A stretch of DNA of 64,000 bases from a bacterium (GTDB lineage: Bacteria > Bacillota_I > Bacilli_A > RF39 > UBA660), in NCBI GenBank assembly GCA_963641945.1, contig CAVIDW010000003.1, positions 16,874 through 80,873 of the forward strand, in the 5' to 3' direction. The notes under the pieces were generated by a model. That model had not been told where the DNA came from. It was given only the letters and a program-made list of their open reading frames with translations, and did not search any database. Positions 19,499-28,945 of this stretch are shown here, piece by piece. Every line of letters begins with the position of its first letter. Positions within the stretch are counted from its first letter, which is position 1. The translations under genes and the position numbers were made by a program.

Positions 19499-20487
19499 AC
19501 TTAAAAGGAAGAGATTTCCTAAAACTTTTGGATTATACTCCAGAAGAAATCAGACATTTATTAAATGTAGCAATTGATTTAAAAAGAAAGAAACGTAATG
19601 GTGAACCTCATCGTTACTTAGTTGGAAAACAAATAGCAATGATATTTGAAAAAGATTCAACTAGAACAAGATGTGCTTTTGAAGCAGGAGCACATGATTT
19701 AGGTATGCAAGCAACATATCTAGGACCAACTGGATCTCAAATGGGTAAAAAAGAAACTATTGAAGATACAGCTCGTGTTTTAGATAAAATGTATGATGGT
19801 ATTGAATATCGTGGCTTTGGTCAAGAAATAGTAGAGAGCTTAGCTAAATATAGTAAAGTTCCTGTATGGAATGGTTTAACAAATGAATTTCATCCAACAC
19901 AAATGTTAGCTGATGTAATGACTATTCAAGAAGAATTTGGAGACCTAAAAGGTCGTAAATTAGTTTTCTGTGGAGACGCAAGAAATAATGTTGGAAATTC
20001 TTTAATGGTTGTTAGTGCTAAACTTGGTATGAACTTTGCATGTTGTGCACCAAAAAATCTATGGCCAGAAGAATCTTTAGTTAATAAGTGCAAGCAAATA
20101 GCAGCTGAAACAGGTGCAACAATTACACTGACTGAAGACATTATGGAAGGTACTAAGAATGCAGACGCAATCTATACAGATGTTTGGGTATCTATGGGAG
20201 AACCAATGGAATTATGGCAAGAAAGAATTAAACTTTTAAAACCATATCAAGTTACAATGCAAGTTATGAATAATGCTAAAGAAAACGCAATATTCCTACA
20301 TTGCTTACCTTCTTTCCACAACAATGAGACTACTATAGGTAAAGAAATCGAAGAAAAATTTGGAATTAAAGAAATGGAAGTTACAGACGAAGTATTTGAG
20401 TCTAGTAAGTCTCGTGTCTTCGAAGAGGCTGAAAACAGACTTCATACTATTAAAGCTGTAATGTTGGAGACTTTAAAAGATGAGTAA
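19492..20487 (+). CDS. arcB: ornithine carbamoyltransferase (catabolic)
   Basis: [17 protein letters not shown] and HCLPSFH motifs. The start overlaps the arcA stop. Confidence 0.95.
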   Translation: MVNLKGRDFLKLLDYTPEEIRHLLNVAIDLKRKKRNGEPHRYLVGKQIAMIFEKDSTRTRCAFEAGAHDLGMQATYLGPTGSQMGKKETIEDTARVLDKMYDGIEYRGFGQEIVESLAKYSKVPVWNGLTNEFHPTQMLADVMTIQEEFGDLKGRKLVFCGDARNNVGNSLMVVSAKLGMNFACCAPKNLWPEESLVNKCKQIAAETGATITLTEDIMEGTKNADAIYTDVWVSMGEPMELWQERIKLLKPYQVTMQVMNNAKENAIFLHCLPSFHNNETTIGKEIEEKFGIKEMEVTDEVFESSKSRVFEEAENRLHTIKAVMLETLKDE

Positions 20488-22864
20488 AATTGTTATTGCA
20501 TTAGGTGGAAATGCATTAGGAAAAAAACCAGAAGAACAACAATCAGTAATTGAAAAGACTGTTAAACATTTGGTTGATATCATTGAGTCTGGAAATGAAA
20601 TTGTAATAACCCATGGAAATGGTCCACAAGTTGGTATGATTTATGAATCAATGAAAGGTGATAACATACCATTTGCAGAAAGTGGAGCAATGTCTCAAGG
20701 ATATATTGGATATCAATTACAACAAACCCTAAAAGATGAATTAGACAAACGTGGTATCAAAAAAAGCGTTGTTACTGTTGTAACACAAGTCGAAGTAGAT
20801 AAAAAAGATCCTGCTTTCGACAATCCAACAAAACCAATTGGAGCATTTTTAACTAAAGAAGAAGCAGAAGCAAAAAGAAAGATAGACAAAGCAATCTATA
20901 AAGAAGATGCAGGAAGAGGATATCGTAAAGTAGTTGCTTCTCCAAAACCAAAGAAAATTCTTGAGTTAAATACAATTGAAAAATTAATGAATGAAGGCAC
21001 TATTGTTATTGCTTGTGGTGGAGGTGGAATTCCAGTAATCAAAACAAAAGAAGATGGTTATGAAGGAATTGATGCTGTAATCGATAAAGATAGAACAAGT
21101 GCTTTACTAGCAAAAGAAATCAATGCTGATAAATTATTAATTTTAACTGATGTAGAAAAAGTTTGCATCAATTATAAAAAAGAAAATGAAACTCAAATTG
21201 ATAAAATGTCAGTAGCTGAAGCTCGTGTATCAATGAGACATGAAGAATTTAAAGAAGGCAGCATGTTACCAAAAGTAGAAGCTGCAGTTGACTTTGCTAA
21301 ATCTACAGAACATGAAGCAATAATTACTTCATTAGATAAAGCAGGCGAAGCACTAGAAGGAAAGAATGGCACATTAATTTATAAGGATCAAGTTAAAAAA
21401 GAACCTGAAAAGAAACGTGCTTCATTCTCATTAAGTGCATTTACAATTATATTATTATTAATATTTATTTTAGCACTATTAACACATTTACTACCATCAG
21501 CTGTTATGAGCGAAGGTGAATTAGTAAATGGTAGTGGAGTAGTAGGTGCTACATTAGCACAAACTCTATTAGCACCAGTTCAAGGATTTGGCGATGCTAT
21601 TGATATTTGTGTATTTATCCTAATTTTAGGAGCATTCTTAAATATAGTTAATTCAACAAAATCAATTGAAACAGGAATTCAAGTTTTAATTAAAAAATTA
21701 CATGGAAAAGAATTAGTATTAATTCCAATTCTTATGACATTATTCTCAATTGGTGGAACAACATATGGAATGCTAGAAGAAACTGTAGGTTTCTATGCAT
21801 TACTTGCTGTAACAATGGTAGCAGCAGGAATGGATACAGTTGTATCTTCTGCAATAGTTCTTTTAGGAGCTGGATCTGGTGTTTTAGGTTCAACAGTTAA
21901 CCCATTTGCTGTAGGTGTTGCTGTTGATGCAGCTAAATCAGTATTACCAGAAGGAACAGTTATTAGTCAAGGAACAATTATTGCTTTAGGCGCAATATTA
22001 TGGATAACAACATTAGTTATTTCAATATTATTTGTAATGTCTTATGCTAAAAAAGTAATTAAGAAAAAAGGTTCAACAATATTAAGTCTTCAAGAACAAA
22101 AAGCTATGGAAGCCACATATGGTGAAGATGAAATACAAAAAGATGTTGCTTTAACTGGAAAACAAAAAGCTACATTATTACTATTTGCATTTACATTTAT
22201 TATCATGATTATAAGCTTTATTCCATGGGAAGACTTTGGAATTACATTCTTTGCTGAACATAAGATTTTAGGTTTATCTTGGTTAGCAGGTTGTCCAATA
22301 GGTCAATGGTATTTCCAAGAAGCAACATTATGGTTCTTAATTATGACTATCGTTATTGCAATTGTTAACGGTATGAAAGAAAAAGAAATTGTTGATAAAA
22401 TTGTTGATGGTGCTGATGACATGGTTGGCGTAATTTTAATTATTGCCGTAGCTCGTGGTGCTTCAATATTAATGAAAGAAACATATTTAGATAATTATTT
22501 AATTTATAATGTAGCTGAAATGTTAAAACAAGTGCCAAAAGGAGTATTTGCTCCATTAAATTATATTTTCCATACAGTTTTATCAGTGCTTGTACCATCA
22601 AGTAGTGGTTTAGCAACATTATCTGCTCCAATTATGGCTCCACTTGCAAATCAAGTAGGATATAGTGTTGAAGCAACATTAATGGGTATGGTAGCCGCAA
22701 ATGGATTTGTAAACTTATTTACACCAACTTGTGGAGCAATTATGGGAGGCTTAGCATTAGCAAAAGTAGAATATACTACATGGATTAAATGGGTAACTAA
22801 AGTATTAGTTGTAATATTTATAGTAAATATTGCTGTTCTAACACTCGCAATGCTAGTTTTATAA
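20480..22864 (+). CDS. arcC: carbamate kinase fused in frame to a YfcC/ArcD-type (C4-dicarboxylate anaerobic carrier-like) membrane transporter
   Basis: Residues 1 to about 305 are carbamate kinase ([29 protein letters not shown]). A short [11 protein letters not shown] linker follows, then about 480 aa of polytopic membrane protein whose start resembles YfcC-family N-termini. It is a single uninterrupted ORF. Confidence 0.8.
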   Translation: MSKIVIALGGNALGKKPEEQQSVIEKTVKHLVDIIESGNEIVITHGNGPQVGMIYESMKGDNIPFAESGAMSQGYIGYQLQQTLKDELDKRGIKKSVVTVVTQVEVDKKDPAFDNPTKPIGAFLTKEEAEAKRKIDKAIYKEDAGRGYRKVVASPKPKKILELNTIEKLMNEGTIVIACGGGGIPVIKTKEDGYEGIDAVIDKDRTSALLAKEINADKLLILTDVEKVCINYKKENETQIDKMSVAEARVSMRHEEFKEGSMLPKVEAAVDFAKSTEHEAIITSLDKAGEALEGKNGTLIYKDQVKKEPEKKRASFSLSAFTIILLLIFILALLTHLLPSAVMSEGELVNGSGVVGATLAQTLLAPVQGFGDAIDICVFILILGAFLNIVNSTKSIETGIQVLIKKLHGKELVLIPILMTLFSIGGTTYGMLEETVGFYALLAVTMVAAGMDTVVSSAIVLLGAGSGVLGSTVNPFAVGVAVDAAKSVLPEGTVISQGTIIALGAILWITTLVISILFVMSYAKKVIKKKGSTILSLQEQKAMEATYGEDEIQKDVALTGKQKATLLLFAFTFIIMIISFIPWEDFGITFFAEHKILGLSWLAGCPIGQWYFQEATLWFLIMTIVIAIVNGMKEKEIVDKIVDGADDMVGVILIIAVARGASILMKETYLDNYLIYNVAEMLKQVPKGVFAPLNYIFHTVLSVLVPSSSGLATLSAPIMAPLANQVGYSVEATLMGMVAANGFVNLFTPTCGAIMGGLALAKVEYTTWIKWVTKVLVVIFIVNIAVLTLAMLVL

Positions 22865-22874
22865 AAAAACATTT

Positions 22875-22902
22875 AAAAGGGAGTTTTAAAAACTTCCTTT
22901 TT
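22875..22902 (+). terminator. intrinsic terminator after the ADI operon
   Basis: An 11-bp stem (AAAAGGGAGTT / AACTTCCTTTT) with a 5-nt loop and a T run. It is nearly identical in sequence to the terminator at 8309. Confidence 0.75.
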
Positions 22903-22928
22903 ATGTTAATATTACAATAGGTGAGAAT

Positions 22929-24374
22929 ATGAAAAAGAAAACGATTTCTATCTTAACTATGATAGTATTAACATTTAGCTTCTTTTTTAATGCTTTTACG
23001 ATGAAAGTTTTATCAAAAGAAGATGAATTAATTCTAGTAACTGAAGCTGGTTTTGCCCCATATGAATATTATAAATCAGGTAATATAGTTGGAGTTGATA
23101 TAGATATAGCAAAAAGAATTGCAGAAAAAATAAATAAAAAATTAGTAATTAAAGATGTCGCATTTGATTCAATTATTAGTGAAGTAAAAACTGGGAAAAG
23201 TGATTTAGGTGCAGCTGGAATATCATATACAGAAGAAAGAGCTTTAGAAGTTGATTTCACAATAAATTATGCTGCTTCAAAACAAGTAATAATTGTAAAA
23301 AATAATAGTGATATTACTGGTTCAGATAATTTATATGGTAAAGTAGCAGTACAACTTGGAACAACAGCAGATACATATCTTACAGAAAATTATAGTGCTT
23401 TAGATATAGTTAGAGAAAAAAAGTTTTTATCAGCAATAGAAGACTTAAAAAATGATAAAGTTAATGCAGTTGTAATGGATGAATTACCTGCTCAAAAATT
23501 AATAAACGAAGACATGAAAATACTAAAGACTCCATTAGTAGTAGATAATTACGGAATGGTAGTTGCTAAAGGAAATACTGAATTATTAAACGCATGCAAT
23601 GAAGTAATAAGAGAAATGCAAGAATCAAATGAAATTGATAAATTAATATTATCTCATATGGGAATAGATAATATAGAAGATAAAAATCAAACAATAATAG
23701 ATAGATTCTATAAAAGCGTTATTTATGATGGAAGATATAAATATATTTTGGAAGGTCTAAAAAATACACTTATAATTGCTTTAGGAGCAGTTATAATTGG
23801 TGTGATTTTAGGAACAGTACTTGCTTTAATTAGAAACTATCACGAGAACACTAATAAACTTTATATATTAAATGCATTATCTAAATTTTATATAACAGTT
23901 ATTCGAGGAACACCGAGTATTCTTCAATTAATGATAATTTATTACGTAATATTTAAAACAACATCAATAAATATAATACTGGTTGGAATCTTATCATTTG
24001 GTATGAATAGTGCAGCATATGTAGCAGAAATTATAAGATCAGGATTAAATTCGGTTGATGATGGTCAAAAAGAAGCAGGATATGCACTTGGACTTGAATA
24101 TAAAAAAGTTATGGCATATATTGTATTTCCACAAGCATTAAAAAATATTCTTCCAGCACTAGGAAATGAATTTATAACATTAGTAAAAGAAACATCAGTT
24201 GGAGCTTATATCGGAATAGTTGAATTAACAAAAGCCAGTGATATCATCGCATCACGTACATATGATTATTTCTTCCCATTAATATTAATCGCAATTATTT
24301 ATTTAGCAATCACTTATGGATTAAGTAAATTAGTTGGTATGATGGAAAAGAGGTTAGACAATGTTAGAAGTTAA
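22929..24374 (+). CDS. amino acid ABC transporter, fused substrate-binding protein/permease
   Basis: Signal/TM segment, a type-3 SBP-like N-terminal half, and a C-terminal permease with an EAA-type loop (EAGYALGL..FPQALKNILPALGNEF). Confidence 0.85.
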   Translation: MKKKTISILTMIVLTFSFFFNAFTMKVLSKEDELILVTEAGFAPYEYYKSGNIVGVDIDIAKRIAEKINKKLVIKDVAFDSIISEVKTGKSDLGAAGISYTEERALEVDFTINYAASKQVIIVKNNSDITGSDNLYGKVAVQLGTTADTYLTENYSALDIVREKKFLSAIEDLKNDKVNAVVMDELPAQKLINEDMKILKTPLVVDNYGMVVAKGNTELLNACNEVIREMQESNEIDKLILSHMGIDNIEDKNQTIIDRFYKSVIYDGRYKYILEGLKNTLIIALGAVIIGVILGTVLALIRNYHENTNKLYILNALSKFYITVIRGTPSILQLMIIYYVIFKTTSINIILVGILSFGMNSAAYVAEIIRSGLNSVDDGQKEAGYALGLEYKKVMAYIVFPQALKNILPALGNEFITLVKETSVGAYIGIVELTKASDIIASRTYDYFFPLILIAIIYLAITYGLSKLVGMMEKRLDNVRS

Positions 24375-25092
24375 AAATTTAGAGAAAACCTTTGGTAAAA
24401 AGAAAGTATTAAAAGACATTAATTTTAAGATTGATAAAGGTGATGTAATAGGTATCATTGGCCCTTCAGGATGTGGTAAATCAACTCTTTTAAGATGTAT
24501 AAACCTTTTAGAAATTCCATCTTCTGGTACAATTATATTTGAAGAAAATAATATAAATTATCATCATAATTTAGAATCTATACGTAAGAAAATAGGAATG
24601 GTATTTCAATCATTTAATTTATTTAATAATATGACTGTTATTGAAAATATAATTCTAGCACCAACAAAGTTAGGAATATTAACTAAAGAAGAAGCAATCA
24701 AAAAAGCAAATAAATTATTAAAGAAAATAAATCTTTTAGATAAAAAAGATTTTTATCCAGAAGAACTTTCAGGTGGTCAAAAACAAAGAATAGCTATCAT
24801 AAGAGCATTATTAATGGAACCAGATTTAATGTTATTTGATGAGCCAACATCAGCACTTGACCCGGAAATGATAGGCGAAGTTACTGATTTAATGCGTGAA
24901 ATTGCATTAGGTGGAATGACTATGATAGTAGTGTCACATGAAATGAACTTTATTAAGAATTTTACTACTAAAGTGTTATTTATGGATGAAGGTAAAATAA
25001 TTGAAGAAAATACTCCAGAAGAATTATTTAATAATCCAAAAGACAAAAGACTAAAAGAATTCCTATCAGTATTAAATGAAAATAAGGCTTAA
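24361..25092 (+). CDS. amino acid ABC transporter ATP-binding protein
   Basis: GPSGCGKST, LSGGQKQRIAI, LMLFDEPTSALD. Confidence 0.9.
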   Translation: MLEVKNLEKTFGKKKVLKDINFKIDKGDVIGIIGPSGCGKSTLLRCINLLEIPSSGTIIFEENNINYHHNLESIRKKIGMVFQSFNLFNNMTVIENIILAPTKLGILTKEEAIKKANKLLKKINLLDKKDFYPEELSGGQKQRIAIIRALLMEPDLMLFDEPTSALDPEMIGEVTDLMREIALGGMTMIVVSHEMNFIKNFTTKVLFMDEGKIIEENTPEELFNNPKDKRLKEFLSVLNENKA

Positions 25093-25138
25093 AAAAGCCT
25101 TTTTAGTTTGATATAATAAATTATATAAGGAGAATAAA

Positions 25139-25597
25139 ATGAATAAAATAACCCCGGCAGAATTAACTGACAGAGGCATATGCCCAACATGCTATAACAA
25201 AGAACATAATAATAAATTATATGGAGATAACACAGATAAAATATTATTTGAAAATGATATTTTTGAATGTTTTTTAGTTGGTAATCCAAGATGTGAAGGC
25301 CATACAGCAATAAGCACTAAAACACACTACAAAGATATGATGGAAGCACCAGATGATGTCATTAAAGAAATATTTTTATTTTCAAAAAAATGTATGAATA
25401 TATTAAAAGAAGTATATAAATCAGAAAGTGTATACTTATGTACCATGTGTGATGGTCCTATGAATCACTTTCATGTTCAATTAATACCAAGATATAGTTA
25501 TGAAAAAAGAGGATCAAAAAACTTTGTAAAAGAAAGACAAGAATACAAAGAAGATAAAGAAAAAATAAATAAACTAAGAGAATTATTAAAAAAGTAA
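25139..25597 (+). CDS. HIT-superfamily protein with HxHxQ variant motif
   Basis: NHFHVQLIPR sits at the position of the histidine triad. The N-terminus carries CPTC. Confidence 0.6.
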   Translation: MNKITPAELTDRGICPTCYNKEHNNKLYGDNTDKILFENDIFECFLVGNPRCEGHTAISTKTHYKDMMEAPDDVIKEIFLFSKKCMNILKEVYKSESVYLCTMCDGPMNHFHVQLIPRYSYEKRGSKNFVKERQEYKEDKEKINKLRELLKK

Positions 25598-25608
25598 GTA
25601 GTGATAAT

Positions 25609-26313
25609 ATGAATAAGTATTTAAAAGAAACAAAACTATTAAATTATTCCTCTAAATCAATTCAAGATTTAATACAAGAAAAGAAGTGGAAAGATTTAGA
25701 TGATTTTAATAAGATAAAAGAAATATATAATTTTGTAAGAGATGATATTCTATTTGGCTATAATAAAAGTGATAATATTACAGCAGAACAAGTATTAAAA
25801 GATGGTTATGGTCAATGTAATACAAAAGGAATATTATTTATGGCTTTATTAAGAGCAGTAAATATCAAATGTAGAATTCATGGATTTACTATTGATAAAA
25901 AACTTCAAAAAGGTGCAATGACCAATTTTGTATATAAAAGTGCCCCAAATAATATAATACATAGTTGGGTAGAAGTCTTTTATAAAGAAAAATGGTATGA
26001 ATTAGAAGCATTTATTTTAGATAAAAAATATTTAAATAAATTACAAGAAAAATTTAAGAATAATAAAGAATTTTTTGGTTATGGAGTAGCAGTAAAAAAT
26101 TTTAGTAATTTAAATATTGATTGGAATGAAAATAATACATATATTCAAAGTGAAGGAATAAATAATGATTATGGTATTTACGATTCACCAGATGAATTTT
26201 TTGAAAAATATAGTCAAAATTTATCTAAGATTAAAACACTTTTATATCAAAATATAGGGAGACATCTAATGAATTACAATGTAAATAGAATAAGAAATAG
26301 TAAAAAGGGGTAA
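25609..26313 (+). CDS. transglutaminase-like cysteine peptidase domain protein
   Basis: GYGQCNTKGILFMALLRAV (Cys) and HSWVEV (His) motifs. Confidence 0.7.
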   Translation: MNKYLKETKLLNYSSKSIQDLIQEKKWKDLDDFNKIKEIYNFVRDDILFGYNKSDNITAEQVLKDGYGQCNTKGILFMALLRAVNIKCRIHGFTIDKKLQKGAMTNFVYKSAPNNIIHSWVEVFYKEKWYELEAFILDKKYLNKLQEKFKNNKEFFGYGVAVKNFSNLNIDWNENNTYIQSEGINNDYGIYDSPDEFFEKYSQNLSKIKTLLYQNIGRHLMNYNVNRIRNSKKG

Positions 26314-26324
26314 GGAGAAATAAT

Positions 26325-27389
26325 ATGTTGTGGATACTAATAATGATATTTTCTATATTATTTTTTATATTTGGAATAATTTATATGTGCAAGAGTATTA
26401 GTAAGTTTGGTATTAAAAATAAATTTATTCCTTATCTTATAGTAGCAATTTTAACTTTAATACTCACATTAATATTAAATTTTATTAGTACAGTTATTAT
26501 AATTATTCATTATTTAATTGTTTGGTTATTTATGGATTTTGTATTTTTAATAGTTAAAAAAATATCAAAAAAAGAATTAAAACATTATTGTGCAGGTATT
26601 ATAACTATAATTTTTATACCTTTATATATAGGAATAGGTATATATAATGCATATCATGTATTAGAAACAGACTATAGTTTTAAAACTGATAAAATTAATA
26701 ATAAATATAAAATAGCTTTAATTTCAGATAGTCATATGGGAACTACATTTAATGCAGATAAATTTTATGAATACTTAAAAGATATAGAAAAGAATAAACC
26801 TGATATAATTCTAATAGCTGGTGATTTTGTAGATGATAAAACCACTAAAGAAGAAATGATTAAGTCTTGTGAGTATTTAGGAAAAACAAAAACAAAATAT
26901 GGTATTTATTTTGCTCATGGAAATCATGATAAAGGTTATTACGGAAATTTAAGAGGATATTCAAGTAATGATTTGGAAAACGAATTAACTAAAAATAATA
27001 TTAAAGTATTAAAAGATGAAAGCGTTTTAATAAACAATGATTTATATATAATAGGAAGAAAAGATTTTGAAGATACAAGTAGATTAAATGTTAATGATTT
27101 AGTTAAAAAAATAGATAAAAGTAAATATATGATAGTAATGAATCATCAACCAACAGATTATTATAATGAATCAAATAGTGGAGTTGACTTAGTAGTGTCA
27201 GGACATACTCATGGTGGTCAATTAATACCATTAAATTTAATTAACACACTTGTAAGTGACAATGATGCAGTGTATGGATACAAAAAAATAAAGAATACAA
27301 ACTTTATAGTTACATCAGGAATATCAGACTGGGAAATAAAAATTAAAACAGGATGTATTGCAGAATATGTAATAATAAATATTAATTAA
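26325..27389 (+). CDS. membrane-anchored metallophosphoesterase (YkuE-like)
   Basis: Several N-terminal TM helices, then ISDSHMG, GDFVDD, GNHD and SGHTHGGQ. Confidence 0.85.
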   Translation: MLWILIMIFSILFFIFGIIYMCKSISKFGIKNKFIPYLIVAILTLILTLILNFISTVIIIIHYLIVWLFMDFVFLIVKKISKKELKHYCAGIITIIFIPLYIGIGIYNAYHVLETDYSFKTDKINNKYKIALISDSHMGTTFNADKFYEYLKDIEKNKPDIILIAGDFVDDKTTKEEMIKSCEYLGKTKTKYGIYFAHGNHDKGYYGNLRGYSSNDLENELTKNNIKVLKDESVLINNDLYIIGRKDFEDTSRLNVNDLVKKIDKSKYMIVMNHQPTDYYNESNSGVDLVVSGHTHGGQLIPLNLINTLVSDNDAVYGYKKIKNTNFIVTSGISDWEIKIKTGCIAEYVIININ

Positions 27390-27431
27390 CATTAAAAAAT
27401 ATGTTACAATTTCATATAGAGGACTTTATAG

Positions 27432-27929
27432 GAGAAAATTATTAAAATATTTATAATTGAATCTTTAATAGGAATAATAGTATTTACAATATTAGTATTA
27501 ATTATTGGAACTAATCCACTAAATACGATAAATGATTATCCCCCAAAAATAATAGAATGATGTAAAGAACTTAAATTAATTACTGATAATCAGTTACCAA
27601 TGTCAAAAAGAGTAATATTAAGAAAACTATTTACTACAATCTTATTCTTAATTGCATTTGTAATTATTATATATAAATTTAATAGAGCAAGAACATTTGC
27701 AAAAGGTTTTTTAATAAGTTATGGTATTTGGAATGTAATTGATTGGTATGATGCATTTATATTAGATTGTCTTTATTTTTGCCATAATAAAAGATTTATA
27801 ATACCAGAAACAGAAGATTTGATTGACTCGTATCATGACTATATGTTTCATATAAAAGGAAGCTTAAAAGGAATGATTATAGGATTTCCAATATGTATAA
27901 TAATAGGTATAATAATAAAGATGATTTGA
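27432..27929 (+). pseudogene. membrane protein gene with no ATG start and an in-frame TGA
   Basis: The frame reads EKIIKIFIIE..NDYPPKIIE-TGA(27558)-CKELKLI..MSKRVIL and continues into the 27600 ORF. An AGGAG sits upstream but no canonical start follows it. Confidence 0.45.
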
Positions 27930-27962
27930 TTTATCAAGCAAAACGAAAGTGAGAAATGATTT

Positions 27963-28665
27963 ATGAAAGAAAAGGATTTAGATATTGATTTAACATGTCA
28001 TGTAGTTTATTCAAAAGAATGTAAAAAAGAAATAAAAAAAGTTATAGAAAAACATTATAATGAAAGAGAAAGAACATTAATTTGGAAAAAAGTACAAACA
28101 AAATATGTAGAGTTTTTAAAATCATTTAGAACTGATTTAGGTGGAAAAAAGAACTTTCATAATTGTAAAGGTGGAACTTATGATTGTATTGCCATAGCAA
28201 GCTATTATGTTGTATGTAAAGATAAAACATCATTAGAAGAACTTGAAACAATAGAAAAAAAGCATATTATTACCATCATTTAAAAAATTGAAATTTGTTG
28301 ATATAAATAAACCTTTATTTAAAAAGTTAATGTATATTGCATTCAAAAAAGCACTTTGCAGATGCAATAAGTGGAATGACTATAAAATGCATTTAGATGA
28401 TTATAATAAAGAAAAACCACTTTCATATGATTTTACTGAGTGTCCTGTAGCAAGGTTTGCTAAAGAAAATGACTTACTAGAGATTATGCCTGCATTTTGC
28501 AATCCTGATTATGACGCGATGGAGTTAATACATGCCAAACTTATTAGAAAAACAACTTGCTCTAATGGTAAAATGTGTGATTATGTAATTTGCGGCGATA
28601 AGGATCCATATATAAAAGGGCATAAAGAATACATTGATAAAATAGGATATAAAAGAAATAAATAG
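27963..28665 (+). pseudogene. L-2-amino-thiazoline-4-carboxylate hydrolase-like family protein, frameshifted in an A7 run
   Basis: Two ORFs (27963..28283 and 28288..28665) can be joined by a 1-nt shift in the A7 tract at 28255-28261 (..IEKSILLPSFKKLKFVD..). The C-terminal half carries CPVARFAKE..MPAFCNPDYD..CDY, as I remember the family. Confidence 0.55.
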
Positions 28666-28679
28666 AAAGAAGAAAAAGT

Positions 28680-28844
28680 ATGAAAAAAAATATAATTAAG
28701 ATAATGATGATGATTTTTGGAATAGGAATTTTAGATTGGGGAATTATTACAGAAATAGATGGAATAGGAAGATTTGCTATGCTTTTATTTGGTACATTAT
28801 TTACAATAATTGCGTGTATTATTCCATTTAAAAAGAAAAATTAG
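28680..28844 (+). CDS. small (54 aa) two-helix membrane protein
   Basis: Not in the ORF track because it is under 60 aa. ATG follows a GAAAGAAGAAAAAG purine tract. It has two hydrophobic segments. Confidence 0.4.
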   Translation: MKKNIIKIMMMIFGIGILDWGIITEIDGIGRFAMLLFGTLFTIIACIIPFKKKN

Positions 28845-28945
28845 ACTAAGTTATTTTTGCAAAAAAATTTTATTGAATTTTTGTACAAAATGTGTTATGT
28901 TTATAATGAAAAATAAAAAATAGGGAAATAATGTAGGAGAAAAAA

